NCBI RefSeq assembly: GCF_016433145.1
Contig: NC_058130.1
Span: 333,668,577-333,732,576, forward strand
DNA length: 64,000 bases
From: Gracilinanus agilis
Taxonomy: Eukaryota
Reading direction: 5' to 3'
A program made the position numbers and the translations under genes. The notes beneath the pieces were generated by a model that did no database searches, was not told where the DNA came from, and saw only the letters and a list, made by a program, of their open reading frames with translations. Within the stretch, counting starts at the first letter, position 1, and each line of letters opens with the position of its first letter. Shown in pieces: positions 63,411 through 64,000 of this stretch.

Positions 63411-64000
63411 TGATAAAATAATAACAAACATTTATGTTTATGTTTATGTTTATAAGGAACGACCTGAAGTATTTTTTTAAACCTGTTGACTCCTTGTACA
63501 AGTTAGACAAACTCTTAATTATTCATGGTAATGGAAACTAGCAAAACATAGCATGGACCATTGAAATCTGTAGTTAATCCTAAAAAACTCTGCAGTTTAG
63601 CGATCCCTGTCAGTATTCCCAACTTATCAACTCTCCTAACTTATTCAAAATGAATGTTTTCCTAAAGTAGCCAGAAAGTTACATTTTCCAATCTTAAGGT
63701 AGGAATTGGTTTTTACATGCAATTGGGAAAAATTAAATATTGAAAAAAAAATTTTGAGGATATGAATTGAGTATCAGTGTTCTCCAAAGAATTCATTGAT
63801 TTTAACAAATCAAAAAGAAGACTATAGGATCATAGATTTAGAGCTAGAAAGAACCCCAGAGGGCATGTAGTCAGTTTAGTTAATAGCTTCACCCCAAGTA
63901 TCATTTGACTCCATCATTTTCACTTTAAATATGAGACAAGCACAATGATTCAGAGGACAAACAATATAGTAATAACTTCCTCTTACTGCCCCTACCAACT

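Noticed and set aside
61272-64000. Search for the 36-nt MARVELD2 exon 3
   Set aside because: No AG-exon-GT candidate gave a matching in-frame peptide; it probably lies beyond the window.

Overview
Eukaryotic genomic DNA from a marsupial. The SINE, RTE and L1 repertoire points to a didelphid opossum, most likely Monodelphis. It holds the conserved vertebrate AK6-RAD17-MARVELD2 block. AK6 lies on the minus strand (5 coding exons, 171 aa), head-to-head with RAD17 on the plus strand (16 coding exons, 691 aa) across a CpG island at about 28.7-29.95 kb. The promoter and large first coding exon of MARVELD2 (tricellulin) follow. A further CpG island at about 13.1-13.95 kb is probably the promoter of the next gene to the left (CCDC125 by synteny, inferred; no coding exon of it was seen). 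All AK6 and RAD17 exons were assembled by eye with GT-AG borders and consistent phases. The rest is dense in SINEs, L1/L2/CR1/RTE fossils and hAT MITEs. I found no convincing new multi-gene system, and most ORFs in the track are noise. The most notable observations: no TAF9 retrogene in the AK6 intron that carries it in human; two different hAT MITEs stacked at one triplicated 8-bp target; a recent inverted templated insertion inside a SINE; an orphan 170-bp insertion; RAD17 uORFs; and a possible intron-terminated short tricellulin. Repeat family names come from recalled consensus sequences and need a Dfam/Repbase search.
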